A stretch of DNA of 32,000 bases, taken from assembly GCA_965250005.1 (NCBI GenBank), contig OZ252279.1, positions 540,001 to 572,000 on the forward strand. The letters are read 5' to 3'. A program made the position numbers and the translations under genes. Positions within the stretch are counted from its first letter, which is position 1. Every line of letters starts with the position of its first letter. The notes under the pieces were generated by a model that was not told where the DNA came from, ran no database searches, and saw only the letters and a program-made list of their open reading frames with translations. The stretch comes from Demequinaceae bacterium (GTDB lineage Bacteria > Actinomycetota > Actinomycetes > Actinomycetales > Demequinaceae). Below, one piece after another: positions 23,766 through 32,000 of the stretch.

Positions 23766-23809
23766 CGAATAAGAGTAAGAAGCGCGGTGCGAGCAGCCAG
23801 CTCACCGCG
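23766..23809 (-). terminator. candidate intrinsic terminator downstream of rarA
   Basis: mRNA sense CGCGGUGAGC-UGGCU-GCUCGCACCGCG forms a 10-bp stem with a 2-nt bulge. It is followed by the U-rich tail CUUCUUACUCUUAUU. Confidence 0.5.
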
Positions 23810-23831
23810 AGGGCTCGCACAAGGATAGCCG

Positions 23832-25169
23832 CTATTGGGCGTTTTTTCCACGACCTAGCATCTGGCGGATCGCTTCGAGCCTTTGAGTGAGCTCTCGCTC
23901 GTATCCGTGTTCGGTCGGATCGTAGTACTTGGCGTGCTGAAGCGTGTCGGGCAAATACTCCTGCTCGGCGACTCCACGAGGCGCGTCATGAGAGTACTCG
24001 TATCCCTTTCCGTGGCCGATTTCCTTGGCTCCGGCGTAGTGCGCGTCGCGCAAGTGTTCGGGCACCGAGCCCGCGCGACCGGCCTTAACGTCCGCGATTG
24101 CACGGTCGAGCGCGACGTACGACCGGTTCGATTTGGGCGCCGTCGCAAGGTACGTGGTCGCCTCTGCCAGCACGATGCGTCCCTCGGGCATACCGATGAA
24201 GCTCACGGCGTCAGCCGCGGCCTGTGCCACAACGAGGCCCTGCGGGTCAGCCATGCCGACGTCTTCAGCCGCGAGCACCACGAGCCTGCGCGCGATGAAC
24301 CTTGGGTCTTCCCCCGCCACGACCATGCGCGCCAGGTAGTGCAGCGCCGCATCAACGTCGCTGCCACGCACGGACTTGATGAACGCGCTGATTACGTCGT
24401 AATGCTGGTCGCCCGACTTGTCGTAAGCCACGAGAGCCGCGTCCATGGCCTGCTCGGCGAGCTCGGCAGTAATCCGCCCGCCGGTGCCAGCAGCCTCGGC
24501 TAGGGACTCGATCAGCGTCAGCGCCTTGCGGGCATCGGCGCCTGCGACCTTAACGACGTGCTCCCGCGCGTCATCGTCGATGGTGACGGCACCGGCCAGC
24601 CCGCGCTCGTCGGTGATGGCACGGTCTACGAGTTTGCGGATGTCATCGTCATCGAGAGGTCGGAGCGTGAGCAGCACGGAGCGCGACAGGAGCGGACCGA
24701 CCACAGAGAACGACGGATTCTCCGTGGTGGCCGCCACGAGCGTAATCCACCGATTCTCCACCGCGGGGAGCAGGACGTCCTGCTGATTCTTAGTGAAGCG
24801 GTGCACCTCGTCGATGAAAACCACCGTCTCGGGCTCACCAGTCGCGACGCGCCGCTTGGAGTCCTCGATAATGGCGCGCACATCCTTGACGCCAGCGGAC
24901 ACTGCAGAGAGCTCCACGAAGCGTCGGTTGCCCGCAACCATGTACGCAAGCGTGGTCTTGCCCGTGCCGGGCGGGCCCCACAGCATGATTGAGGTGGCAG
25001 CCGATGCGTCGGCGATCAAGCGCTCGAGCGGACTGCCCTTCTTGAGCAAGTGGTTCTGGCCAAGGATCTCGCCTGGCGTCCGCGGGCGCATTCGCACAGC
25101 GAGGGGGCTCGCCGCCGTGGGTTGGGGGACGCCCGTGCCGTCCTGCCGCACAGCGTCGAATAGATCCAC
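23832..25169 (-). CDS. rarA: replication-associated recombination protein A (AAA+ ATPase)
   Basis: 445-aa ORF. Walker A GPPGTGKTTLA, Walker B VVFIDEVHRF, and the C-terminal MgsA domain (HYDVISAFIKSVRGSDVDAALHYLARM). Confidence 0.93.
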   Translation of the reverse strand: MDLFDAVRQDGTGVPQPTAASPLAVRMRPRTPGEILGQNHLLKKGSPLERLIADASAATSIMLWGPPGTGKTTLAYMVAGNRRFVELSAVSAGVKDVRAIIEDSKRRVATGEPETVVFIDEVHRFTKNQQDVLLPAVENRWITLVAATTENPSFSVVGPLLSRSVLLTLRPLDDDDIRKLVDRAITDERGLAGAVTIDDDAREHVVKVAGADARKALTLIESLAEAAGTGGRITAELAEQAMDAALVAYDKSGDQHYDVISAFIKSVRGSDVDAALHYLARMVVAGEDPRFIARRLVVLAAEDVGMADPQGLVVAQAAADAVSFIGMPEGRIVLAEATTYLATAPKSNRSYVALDRAIADVKAGRAGSVPEHLRDAHYAGAKEIGHGKGYEYSHDAPRGVAEQEYLPDTLQHAKYYDPTEHGYERELTQRLEAIRQMLGRGKNAQ

Positions 25170-25244
25170 GCCTCTATTCTACGGAAGTCGAATCGCCCAC
25201 GGGAGGGACTCGCGCGGGCCGGTCCGCGTGTTAGTTTCGGCGCT

Positions 25245-27524
25245 ATGTCTCCATTCGCGCGCCTCGCCCATTCGATCGCCCGCCGGCCCAAGGGCGTGGT
25301 GACCGCATGGACCTTGGTCGCGCTGTCCCTCTACGCCTTCGCGATCCTCGGACTGCCGGGCCAGGGCAGCCTCGAAGACCGCACGTCCACGGGCCCGCCC
25401 GAGGCCAAGGGCTCCGAGTCGTACGTCCTGCGGCACGCGTATCTGGATAGCGTTCCGGCCGACAGTCCGGTCACGGTCGCAGGTCAGGTCCTGAGCGCGG
25501 ATGCCACAGACCTGCGCGTTCAAGCGGCGGTCGCACCGTTGCTCGAGGATGTCGCCGCCATCGAAGGTGTCCAGCTGGTGACCGCGCCGTTCACCGCCAT
25601 ACCCGGCCCAGACTTCTCCCCCGCTCTCGCGGACGGAGGAGCCGACCCCCGCATCCTGATCACCACTGGAGACGAGGGCTTCCTCGTAGTCGTTCAATTG
25701 TCGCCAACCGAGGACGACGGCGACGAGGTCGCCAAGCACGAAGAAGTCAAGGAAGCACTATTGATCGCGCTCGAGGCTGCGAACGTTGAGTACGACCCGA
25801 CGGCGTCGTACGCCCCGGGCGAAGAGCCGATGGTCGACACTCACGTGTTCTCCAACGCACTGTTCTTCGACTCCTTCGACTCCCAGCTCCAGAAGGACCT
25901 CATCACCGGCGAGGCGATCGCGATCCCGCTCGCGCTCATCGTGATGGTGTTCGTGTTCGGCGGATTCCTCGCGGCGTCCACACCCATCGCTGGCGCAATC
26001 GCATCAATCGCGGGCGGCACGGCCGTGCTCTACGGCTTCACCTTCATCATGCACATCGACAGCGCCGCCGAGAATGTCGTCACCGTGCTCGGGATCGGCC
26101 TGTGCATCGACTACGGGCTGCTGATCGTGTCGAGATACCGCGAAGAGCTCACCAAGGGACGGGCGGCGAAGCTGGCTGACGTGCGCGGTCACGCGCTCGA
26201 ACGCACCATGGAAACCGCAGGACGCACAGTGTTCTTCTCCGGCGTCACCGTGGGAATCGCCGTGGGCGGACTGCTGGTGTTCACCCCCGAGTTCCTCAAG
26301 GGGTTTGGCGGCGCCGCGCTAGGCGTGGTGACCACCGCTGTCCTGGTCGCGATGACGCTGGTACCTGCGGTCGCCTATCTGTACGGCGAACGCTTGGTGA
26401 AGCCCGGCTTGCTTTCTCGAGCTAAGGGGCTGCGGCGCGCGCTCCGCGTCACCGCCGACGTCGAGCGCGACGAGGGCGCGTTCTCAACGCTCGCCGGCTG
26501 GGTGCAGCGCCGCCCCTGGCTGGTGCTAGTCGGATCCGTGGCGATTCTTGCGGTGTTCGCCTCCCCTGCGCTCAGTTTGAACCTGCGCAACTCTGAGGCC
26601 GAGACCCTCCCCGCGTCGGATACCGACCGCATCTACCTCGCCGCGTTCAACGACCGCTACCCCGCCCTTGCAGACCCCGCGATCGACCTCATGACCGACG
26701 CGACCGTCGCTGAATTCGAGGCGTGGGCGCCGGCGCTACTGGAGGTCGATGGGGTGGAGCGCGTTGCCGAAGCATTCGAGCAGGGCGGGAACACGTTCTC
26801 TGGTCTGCATATCTCGATTGTGGACGAAGGCAGCCCCGAGGCCGTCGATCTGGTCAAGGCCGTACGCGTGCTCGACGCGCCGTTCGACCTCTACGTTGGC
26901 GAACAGGCCGCCAACCAGGTGGACTTCATTCAAGCCATCAAGAACGGCGCACCCATCGCGGGCGGGATCGTGGTCGCCGCCACGTTCATCCTGCTGTTCC
27001 TCATGACCGGCTCGCTGCTGGTGCCTGTCAAGACGCTCATCATTAACACGCTGTCGCTCAGCGCATCCGTGGGAATCCTCGTGTGGATCTTCCAGGAAGG
27101 CCATTTCGAGGGGCTACTGCGCTACGAGTCGCTCGGAGGTATCGAGACCTACGTGGTGGTGCTGGTGGTCTCGTTCGGGTTCGGCCTGGCGATGGACTAC
27201 GAGGTGTTCCTGCTCGCCCGAATCAAGGAACTCGTGGACCGCGGAGTGCCGAACAACGAGGCCGTGCGCCTCGGCCTGCAGCGCTCGGGGCGGATCATCA
27301 CCTCGGCCGCGGCGATCATCATCCTGGTGTTCCTCGGCTTCGCGACCGGCAGCGTGCTGATCATCAAGGAGATCGGGTTCGGCCTCGCGATCGCGGTGCT
27401 ATTGGACGCGACCATCGTGCGCATGTTGCTAGTTCCCGCGACCATGACCCTGCTGGGCAACTGGAACTGGTGGGCTCCGAAGAGCCTCAAGAACGTTTAC
27501 GCCAAGATGGCGATCACGCACTAG
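25245..27524 (+). CDS. MMPL-family (RND superfamily) membrane transporter
   Basis: 759-aa ORF. Two repeated multi-TM blocks each carry the MMPL signature ([19 protein letters not shown] and [18 protein letters not shown]), separated by soluble loops. Substrate unknown. Confidence 0.88.
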   Translation: MSPFARLAHSIARRPKGVVTAWTLVALSLYAFAILGLPGQGSLEDRTSTGPPEAKGSESYVLRHAYLDSVPADSPVTVAGQVLSADATDLRVQAAVAPLLEDVAAIEGVQLVTAPFTAIPGPDFSPALADGGADPRILITTGDEGFLVVVQLSPTEDDGDEVAKHEEVKEALLIALEAANVEYDPTASYAPGEEPMVDTHVFSNALFFDSFDSQLQKDLITGEAIAIPLALIVMVFVFGGFLAASTPIAGAIASIAGGTAVLYGFTFIMHIDSAAENVVTVLGIGLCIDYGLLIVSRYREELTKGRAAKLADVRGHALERTMETAGRTVFFSGVTVGIAVGGLLVFTPEFLKGFGGAALGVVTTAVLVAMTLVPAVAYLYGERLVKPGLLSRAKGLRRALRVTADVERDEGAFSTLAGWVQRRPWLVLVGSVAILAVFASPALSLNLRNSEAETLPASDTDRIYLAAFNDRYPALADPAIDLMTDATVAEFEAWAPALLEVDGVERVAEAFEQGGNTFSGLHISIVDEGSPEAVDLVKAVRVLDAPFDLYVGEQAANQVDFIQAIKNGAPIAGGIVVAATFILLFLMTGSLLVPVKTLIINTLSLSASVGILVWIFQEGHFEGLLRYESLGGIETYVVVLVVSFGFGLAMDYEVFLLARIKELVDRGVPNNEAVRLGLQRSGRIITSAAAIIILVFLGFATGSVLIIKEIGFGLAIAVLLDATIVRMLLVPATMTLLGNWNWWAPKSLKNVYAKMAITH

Positions 27525-29326
27525 GCCTGCGCAGGCTCCGCGGGGTCCTCGACTTCGCCTTCGCTCTCGGACTCGGGCTTGGCGTCCACCCCGGCGTCGC
27601 GACGCTGCTCATCCGTAATGGGAGCGGGCGCCTGCGTGAGCGGGTCGAAGCCGCCGCCGGTCTTGGGGAATGCGATGACGTCGCGGATGGATTCGGTTCC
27701 CGCGAGGATCGCTACCACGCGGTCCCAACCGAGCGCAATGCCGCCGTGGGGCGGAGCCCCGAACGCGAACGCGTCTAGCAGGAAGCCGAACTTTTCCTGC
27801 GCCTCGTCGGCGCCGATGCCCATGACCTTGAACACGCGCTCCTGAATGGCGCGATTGTGAATACGGATCGAGCCACCGCCCAACTCGTTGCCGTTGCAGA
27901 CGATGTCGTACGCGTAGGCGAGCGCGGAGCCGGGGTCCTTGTCGAACGTGTCAAGGAACTCAGGCTTAGGAGAGGTGAAGGCATGGTGGACCGCCGTGAA
28001 GGCGCCGGTGCCGAGCGCGACGTCGTCGTCATCCGGGTCGTCATCGATCGCCTTAAATAGTGGTGCGTCGACCACCCACACGAACTTGAACTCGTCCTTG
28101 TTGATGAGGTCGCCGCGCTGGGCGATCTCGACGCGTGCAGCTCCGAGGAGCCCGCGCGCGGGCGTGGCCTTGCCTGCAGCGAAGAATATGCAGTCGCCTG
28201 GCTTGGCACCGACCTTGTCGGTAAGGCCCGACAACTCGGTCTCGCTGAGGTTCTTGGAGACGGGGCCGGTGAGCTCTCCGTCCTCCTGCACGAGCACATA
28301 GGCAAGGCCCTTGGCTCCGCGCGACTTGGCCCAGTCCTGCCACTTGTCGAGCGTCTTGCGCGGTTGGCTCGCTCCACCGGGCATCACGACGGCACCAACG
28401 TACTCCGCGGAGAACACGCGGAACGTCGTGTCCTCGAAATACTCGGTCATGTCGGTGAGCTCGAGCTCGAACCGCAGGTCAGGCTTGTCCGTGCCGAACC
28501 GCTCCATCGCCTCGTGGTACGTCAGGCGCGGAATTGGCGTCGCAACGTCGTAGTCGATGGTCGCCCACAGCTCCTTGACGAGCTCCTCCCCCAGCGCAAT
28601 CACGTCATCCTGATCAACGAAACTCATCTCGATGTCGAGTTGCGTGAACTCCGGCTGACGGTCCGCGCGGAAGTCCTCGTCGCGATAGCAACGGGCGATC
28701 TGGTAGTACTTCTCCATTCCGGCGACCATGAGCAACTGCTTGAACAATTGCGGCGACTGCGGGAGCGCGTACCAGGCACCGGGCGCGAGTCGGGCTGGCA
28801 CCAGGAAATCGCGGGCGCCCTCGGGGGTGGAGCGGGTTAGCGTGGGCGTCTCGATTTCGATGAAACCGTTGCGCTCGAGTACACGACGCGCGGCCTTGGA
28901 AACCTCTGAGCGCAGCACCATGGCCGCGCGGGGCGCGGGGCGGCGCAGGTCGAGGTAGCGGTGCTTGAGGCGGGCTTCCTCCCCAACTTCCACGTGCTCG
29001 TCAATGGGGAACGGGATGGGCACGGAGGCGTTGAGAACCACGACGACGTCGGCGATGACCTCAATCTCGCCGGTACTGAGTTTCGCGTTCTCTTGGTCCG
29101 CCGGGCGCTTCGAGACTCTGCCTGTGACCTGGATGACGAATTCGCTGCGCAGGTCGTGCGCGACCGCCTCGTCGCGAATGACCACCTGGGCGACCCCCGA
29201 TGAGTCGCGCAGGTCGATGAAGGCGACTCCGCCGTGATCGCGGCGGCGGCCCACCCATCCTGCGAGCGTGACCGTAGTGTCCACGTCGGTGGCGCGGAGG
29301 TTTCCTGCGAGGTGAGTACGGTACAC
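27521..29326 (-). CDS. aspS: aspartate--tRNA ligase
   Basis: 601-aa [47 protein letters not shown] and GGGSIRIH. Acidic C-terminal tail. Confidence 0.96.
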   Translation of the reverse strand: MYRTHLAGNLRATDVDTTVTLAGWVGRRRDHGGVAFIDLRDSSGVAQVVIRDEAVAHDLRSEFVIQVTGRVSKRPADQENAKLSTGEIEVIADVVVVLNASVPIPFPIDEHVEVGEEARLKHRYLDLRRPAPRAAMVLRSEVSKAARRVLERNGFIEIETPTLTRSTPEGARDFLVPARLAPGAWYALPQSPQLFKQLLMVAGMEKYYQIARCYRDEDFRADRQPEFTQLDIEMSFVDQDDVIALGEELVKELWATIDYDVATPIPRLTYHEAMERFGTDKPDLRFELELTDMTEYFEDTTFRVFSAEYVGAVVMPGGASQPRKTLDKWQDWAKSRGAKGLAYVLVQEDGELTGPVSKNLSETELSGLTDKVGAKPGDCIFFAAGKATPARGLLGAARVEIAQRGDLINKDEFKFVWVVDAPLFKAIDDDPDDDDVALGTGAFTAVHHAFTSPKPEFLDTFDKDPGSALAYAYDIVCNGNELGGGSIRIHNRAIQERVFKVMGIGADEAQEKFGFLLDAFAFGAPPHGGIALGWDRVVAILAGTESIRDVIAFPKTGGGFDPLTQAPAPITDEQRRDAGVDAKPESESEGEVEDPAEPAQA

Positions 29327-29362
29327 GATTGTCCTTGACGTGAGGCGGATGTGGAGGAAAGT

Positions 29363-30706
29363 CTAGCCGCGTTGGATATCAGGGCGAGCATCGCCTGCGG
29401 GCGGCTCCCACGCGCCGGCATCGGCAGCAACCTGCTCACCCGAGCGAATGTCCTTGATTTCGCCATCTCCGTCTTCGCCGGGGAACCACACGAACGGAAT
29501 CCCGCGCTTGTCTGCGAACTGAATCTGCTTGCCAAACTTTGCGGCCGACGGCGCCACCTCAGCAGAGATCCCGCGTTCGCGCAGCCGGTTTGCAATGAAG
29601 TTCGACTGGCCTCGCGCCGTCTCATCCACGACAGCGATGAGCACCGCGGTGGGAACTGCGCGCGTAGCCGTCACATGCCCCGCGCTCACGACCAGACTCA
29701 TAATCCGCGTGACGCCCGCGGAGATGCCCACGCCGGGGAAGCCGCCACCGGCGACCAGGGATTCGTAGCGTCCACCCGAGCAGATCGAGCCGAGCCCGTC
29801 GTGGCCCTCGACGAACGTCTCAAAGACGGACCCCGTGTAGTACTCGAGTCCGCGCGCGATGCTCAGGTCCGCGACAGCAACCCCAGGTACCGCAGCGTTG
29901 AGCCCGTCCATGAGCGCGCCTAGCTCGGTGAGTCCTGCGGCGAGGGTGGCCTGTGCGTCAGTGTGATCGTCAGCCTTGGGCGTCGTCTCCCATAGATCGT
30001 CAACCGCGTCAAGGAATCCCGCGTCATCCGAGCGAATCTTGGCGAGCTCAAGGATCGCAGAGGCGGCATCTTCTGAAACGCCTTGCCCCGCAATCTCTTT
30101 CGCAACGCCCTCGGGGCCGAGTTTCGCGAGTTTGTCGACGCTGCGAAGCGCGCCCGCGACATCCTCGACTCCGACGCCGGTGTAGAACCCCTCGACCAAC
30201 TTGCGATTGTTGACGTGCATGCGCACGGGCGGGATCGGAAGCTTGGACAACGCGCTCGCCATCACCGCCGCGACCTCAACGTCAACGTGCAGAGGGAGCG
30301 TCTCGCGGCCAACGACGTCGATATCCGCTTGGTAGAACTCCCGGAAGCGACCGTCCTGCGGCCGCTCTCCTCTCCACACCTTCTGTACCTGATAGCGGCG
30401 AAATGGGAACTGGAGCTGGCCCTGAAACTCTTCCACGTACCGCGCGAAGGGCACCGTCAGATCGAAGTGCAGCCCGAGCTTTGATTTCTCCGCGCCGTCT
30501 GAGTTGAGGCGACGCAGCGCATAGATCTCTTTTGCGGCTTCGCTATCCCCCGCCAGTCGACTCACCGGCTCAACCGCGCGCGTCTCAATTTCGGCAAATC
30601 CGTGAAGCTCAAACTCGCCCCGAAGTACGTCGAGAATGTGCCGCTCAATGATTCTTTGTTGGGGCGTCCATTCGGGAAAACCAGACAGTGGGGCGGTTCG
30701 GCTCAT
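29363..30706 (-). CDS. hisS: histidine--tRNA ligase
   Basis: The track ORF extends to 30817. The ATG at 30706 gives MSRTAPLSGFPEWTPQQ, is preceded by GGAAGGA, and avoids overlap with the divergent gene at 30767, so the start was re-called (447 aa). Class II motif 2 FRRYQVQKVWRGERPQDGRFREFYQAD. Confidence 0.92.
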   Translation of the reverse strand: MSRTAPLSGFPEWTPQQRIIERHILDVLRGEFELHGFAEIETRAVEPVSRLAGDSEAAKEIYALRRLNSDGAEKSKLGLHFDLTVPFARYVEEFQGQLQFPFRRYQVQKVWRGERPQDGRFREFYQADIDVVGRETLPLHVDVEVAAVMASALSKLPIPPVRMHVNNRKLVEGFYTGVGVEDVAGALRSVDKLAKLGPEGVAKEIAGQGVSEDAASAILELAKIRSDDAGFLDAVDDLWETTPKADDHTDAQATLAAGLTELGALMDGLNAAVPGVAVADLSIARGLEYYTGSVFETFVEGHDGLGSICSGGRYESLVAGGGFPGVGISAGVTRIMSLVVSAGHVTATRAVPTAVLIAVVDETARGQSNFIANRLRERGISAEVAPSAAKFGKQIQFADKRGIPFVWFPGEDGDGEIKDIRSGEQVAADAGAWEPPAGDARPDIQRG

Positions 30707-30766
30707 GGGCACATCCTTCCACCTCAACCCGCTTAGACTGTCGAGGCGACACCCACCGGAGGGCTG

Positions 30767-31531
30767 ATGTCTACGAAGAAGCAAGCGCGCGCGGCCGAAA
30801 AGCGCCGCCACGAGCAACTGGCGGCAAAGGCCGAGAGTCGTTCGACGGCTCGCCAGCGCCGCATCAAAGTCGTTGGCGTCATTGCCGCGGTCGCCATCGT
30901 CGGGAGCTTTGTTGGCTTTGGCGCTGTCGCGCTGTTCCCAACGGATTCAACAACGCCCGACGACGGAACCGATTCTGAGGGCGGAGCCACCGACCCCATC
31001 CCCGGCGAAGCCCCGGCGCCCAGCGTGGCCGAAGGCCGCGAGTGGACCGCCCAGATCGACACCAGCCAGGGCCCGCTTACCATCTCGCTTGACGGCTCTG
31101 CTGCTCCGCAGGCGGTGGCGTCCTTCGTCACCCTCGCGAAGGCCGGCTACTTCGACGGCACCACGTGCCACCGCCTGGTCACAGCGGGCATCTACGTTCT
31201 CCAGTGTGGCGACCCAACTGCCACTGGAACCGGCGGCCCGGGCTACAACTTTGGGCCCATCGAGAATGCCCCCGCAGACGACCTTTATCGTGCGGGTACG
31301 TTCGCAATGGCGCGTCAAGGCGGAGACGGCGAATCTATGGGAAGCCAGTTCTTCATCGTATTCGAGGACTCGGTCATTCCCTCAGACGGAGCCGGCGGCT
31401 ACACCGTGTTTGGCACTGTGACCGACGGCATCGCTATTGTTGAGACTGTCGCCAGAGAGGGCACCGTAACGGGTGGTCCTGACGGCGCGCCCGCCCTGCC
31501 CGTCGTCTTAAACGAGGTGTCCGTGTCATGA
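30767..31531 (+). CDS. membrane-anchored cyclophilin-type peptidyl-prolyl cis-trans isomerase
   Basis: 254-aa ORF. Basic N-terminus plus one TM helix (VVGVIAAVAIVGSFVGFGAVALF), then the cyclophilin core (YFDGTTCHRLV, QCGDPTATGTGGPGY, GSQFFIVF, VFGTV). Confidence 0.9.
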   Translation: MSTKKQARAAEKRRHEQLAAKAESRSTARQRRIKVVGVIAAVAIVGSFVGFGAVALFPTDSTTPDDGTDSEGGATDPIPGEAPAPSVAEGREWTAQIDTSQGPLTISLDGSAAPQAVASFVTLAKAGYFDGTTCHRLVTAGIYVLQCGDPTATGTGGPGYNFGPIENAPADDLYRAGTFAMARQGGDGESMGSQFFIVFEDSVIPSDGAGGYTVFGTVTDGIAIVETVAREGTVTGGPDGAPALPVVLNEVSVS

Positions 31532-32000
31532 GTGCGTCTGAGTCCAAAGTTACCCCCGATGCAACCGAGGTTGCCGCGCCTGAGACCGCCGTAGTTGAGG
31601 AGAGGGAGCCTGCACCTGCACCTGCACCTGCACCTGCACCTGCACCTGCCGAGCCTGCACCCGCGGAATCTGCCGCACAGGACCCCGAGGACGCCGCTCC
31701 GAAGATTGCCGCAAACCCGGAACCTAAGACGAAGGCTGCACCCAAAGCAAAGGCAGCGCCGAAGCCTAAGCCCATGCCGCGCAAGGCATCCCCGGTAGCA
31801 CTGGCCGGCAAGCAGAAGCACCCGGTCAAGGTCCCGGTGGTGGCAGATATTGACGAGAAGCAGCTCAAAACTGCAGCAAAGTACGGGACCATCGAAGACG
31901 GCAAAGTTTTCGTCAAGGACGGTTCCGAACAACGTGAGGTTGGGCCTGTGGAGGGCGACGAGCCGCTCATGGCCTACGCGCGCAAGTTCTTCGAACACGA
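31528..32000 (+). CDS. DUF349-like protein, N-terminal part (continues beyond window end)
   Basis: Not in ORF track because there is no stop in the window. Manual translation from ATG 31528 (ATGA overlap with the PPIase stop): MSASESKVTPDATEVAAPETAVVEEREPAPAPAPAPAPAPAPAEPAPAES...KTKAAPKAKAAPKPKPMPRK...KYGTIEDGKVFVKDGSEQREVGPVEGDEPLMAYARKFFEH. The FGxVxxDGxVxVxxxxxER.VG....A..F motif resembles actinobacterial DUF349 N-termini. Confidence 0.6.
   Translation, partial: MSASESKVTPDATEVAAPETAVVEEREPAPAPAPAPAPAPAEPAPAESAAQDPEDAAPKIAANPEPKTKAAPKAKAAPKPKPMPRKASPVALAGKQKHPVKVPVVADIDEKQLKTAAKYGTIEDGKVFVKDGSEQREVGPVEGDEPLMAYARKFFEH
31609..31650 (+). repeat. (CCTGCA)x6 perfect hexanucleotide tandem repeat plus one CCTGCC unit
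   Basis: Read directly: cctgca six times at 31609..31644, then cctgcc. In frame, it encodes (Pro-Ala)7 in the DUF349-like ORF. Confidence 0.95.

Noticed and set aside
30707-30817. 37-codon N-terminal extension of the hisS ORF
   Set aside because: It would overlap the divergent PPIase gene start (30767) and its promoter region. The ATG at 30706 has a GGAAGGA SD and yields the conserved HisRS N-terminus.
31609-31650. Short tandem repeat considered as a CRISPR or regulatory repeat
   Set aside because: The 6-nt unit has no spacers and lies in frame inside a coding region. It is a Pro-Ala linker repeat, not a CRISPR array.

Overview
High-GC (about 60-70%) chromosomal segment of Actinomycetota type, almost entirely coding. 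All homology calls come from reading motifs in the supplied ORF translations by eye; no searches were run. Twenty-five consecutive minus-strand genes run from rarA (25169) down to pyrB (1): rarA-rpsD-alaS-ruvX-mltG-aroE, then pilB-pilT-pilC-pilA, three minor-pilin-like genes, pilD-pilM-pilN-pilO, then aroC-aroK-aroB-aroQ-efp-nusB-pyrR-pyrB. The right end carries an MMPL transporter (+), aspS and hisS (-), a membrane-anchored cyclophilin (+) and the start of a DUF349-like protein (+). I saw no rRNA, tRNA, CRISPR array, transposase or integrase. The main point of interest is a complete, secretin-less, PilT-containing type IVa pilus machine (5231..17860) sitting inside the conserved shikimate (aro) operon. 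It includes a 620-aa modular PilV-like pilin and a 496-aa PilX-like protein with a beta-helix-like repeat region. PilT, PilN and PilO carry low-complexity extensions, PilB has a tandem MshEN-like motif, and the pilin genes have lower GC than their flanks. T4aP components are known families, but this actinobacterial version and its giant minor pilins appear functionally uncharacterised. Several ORF-track starts look over-extended (efp, hisS, the 658-aa pilin ORF) and were re-called from start codon and Shine-Dalgarno context.
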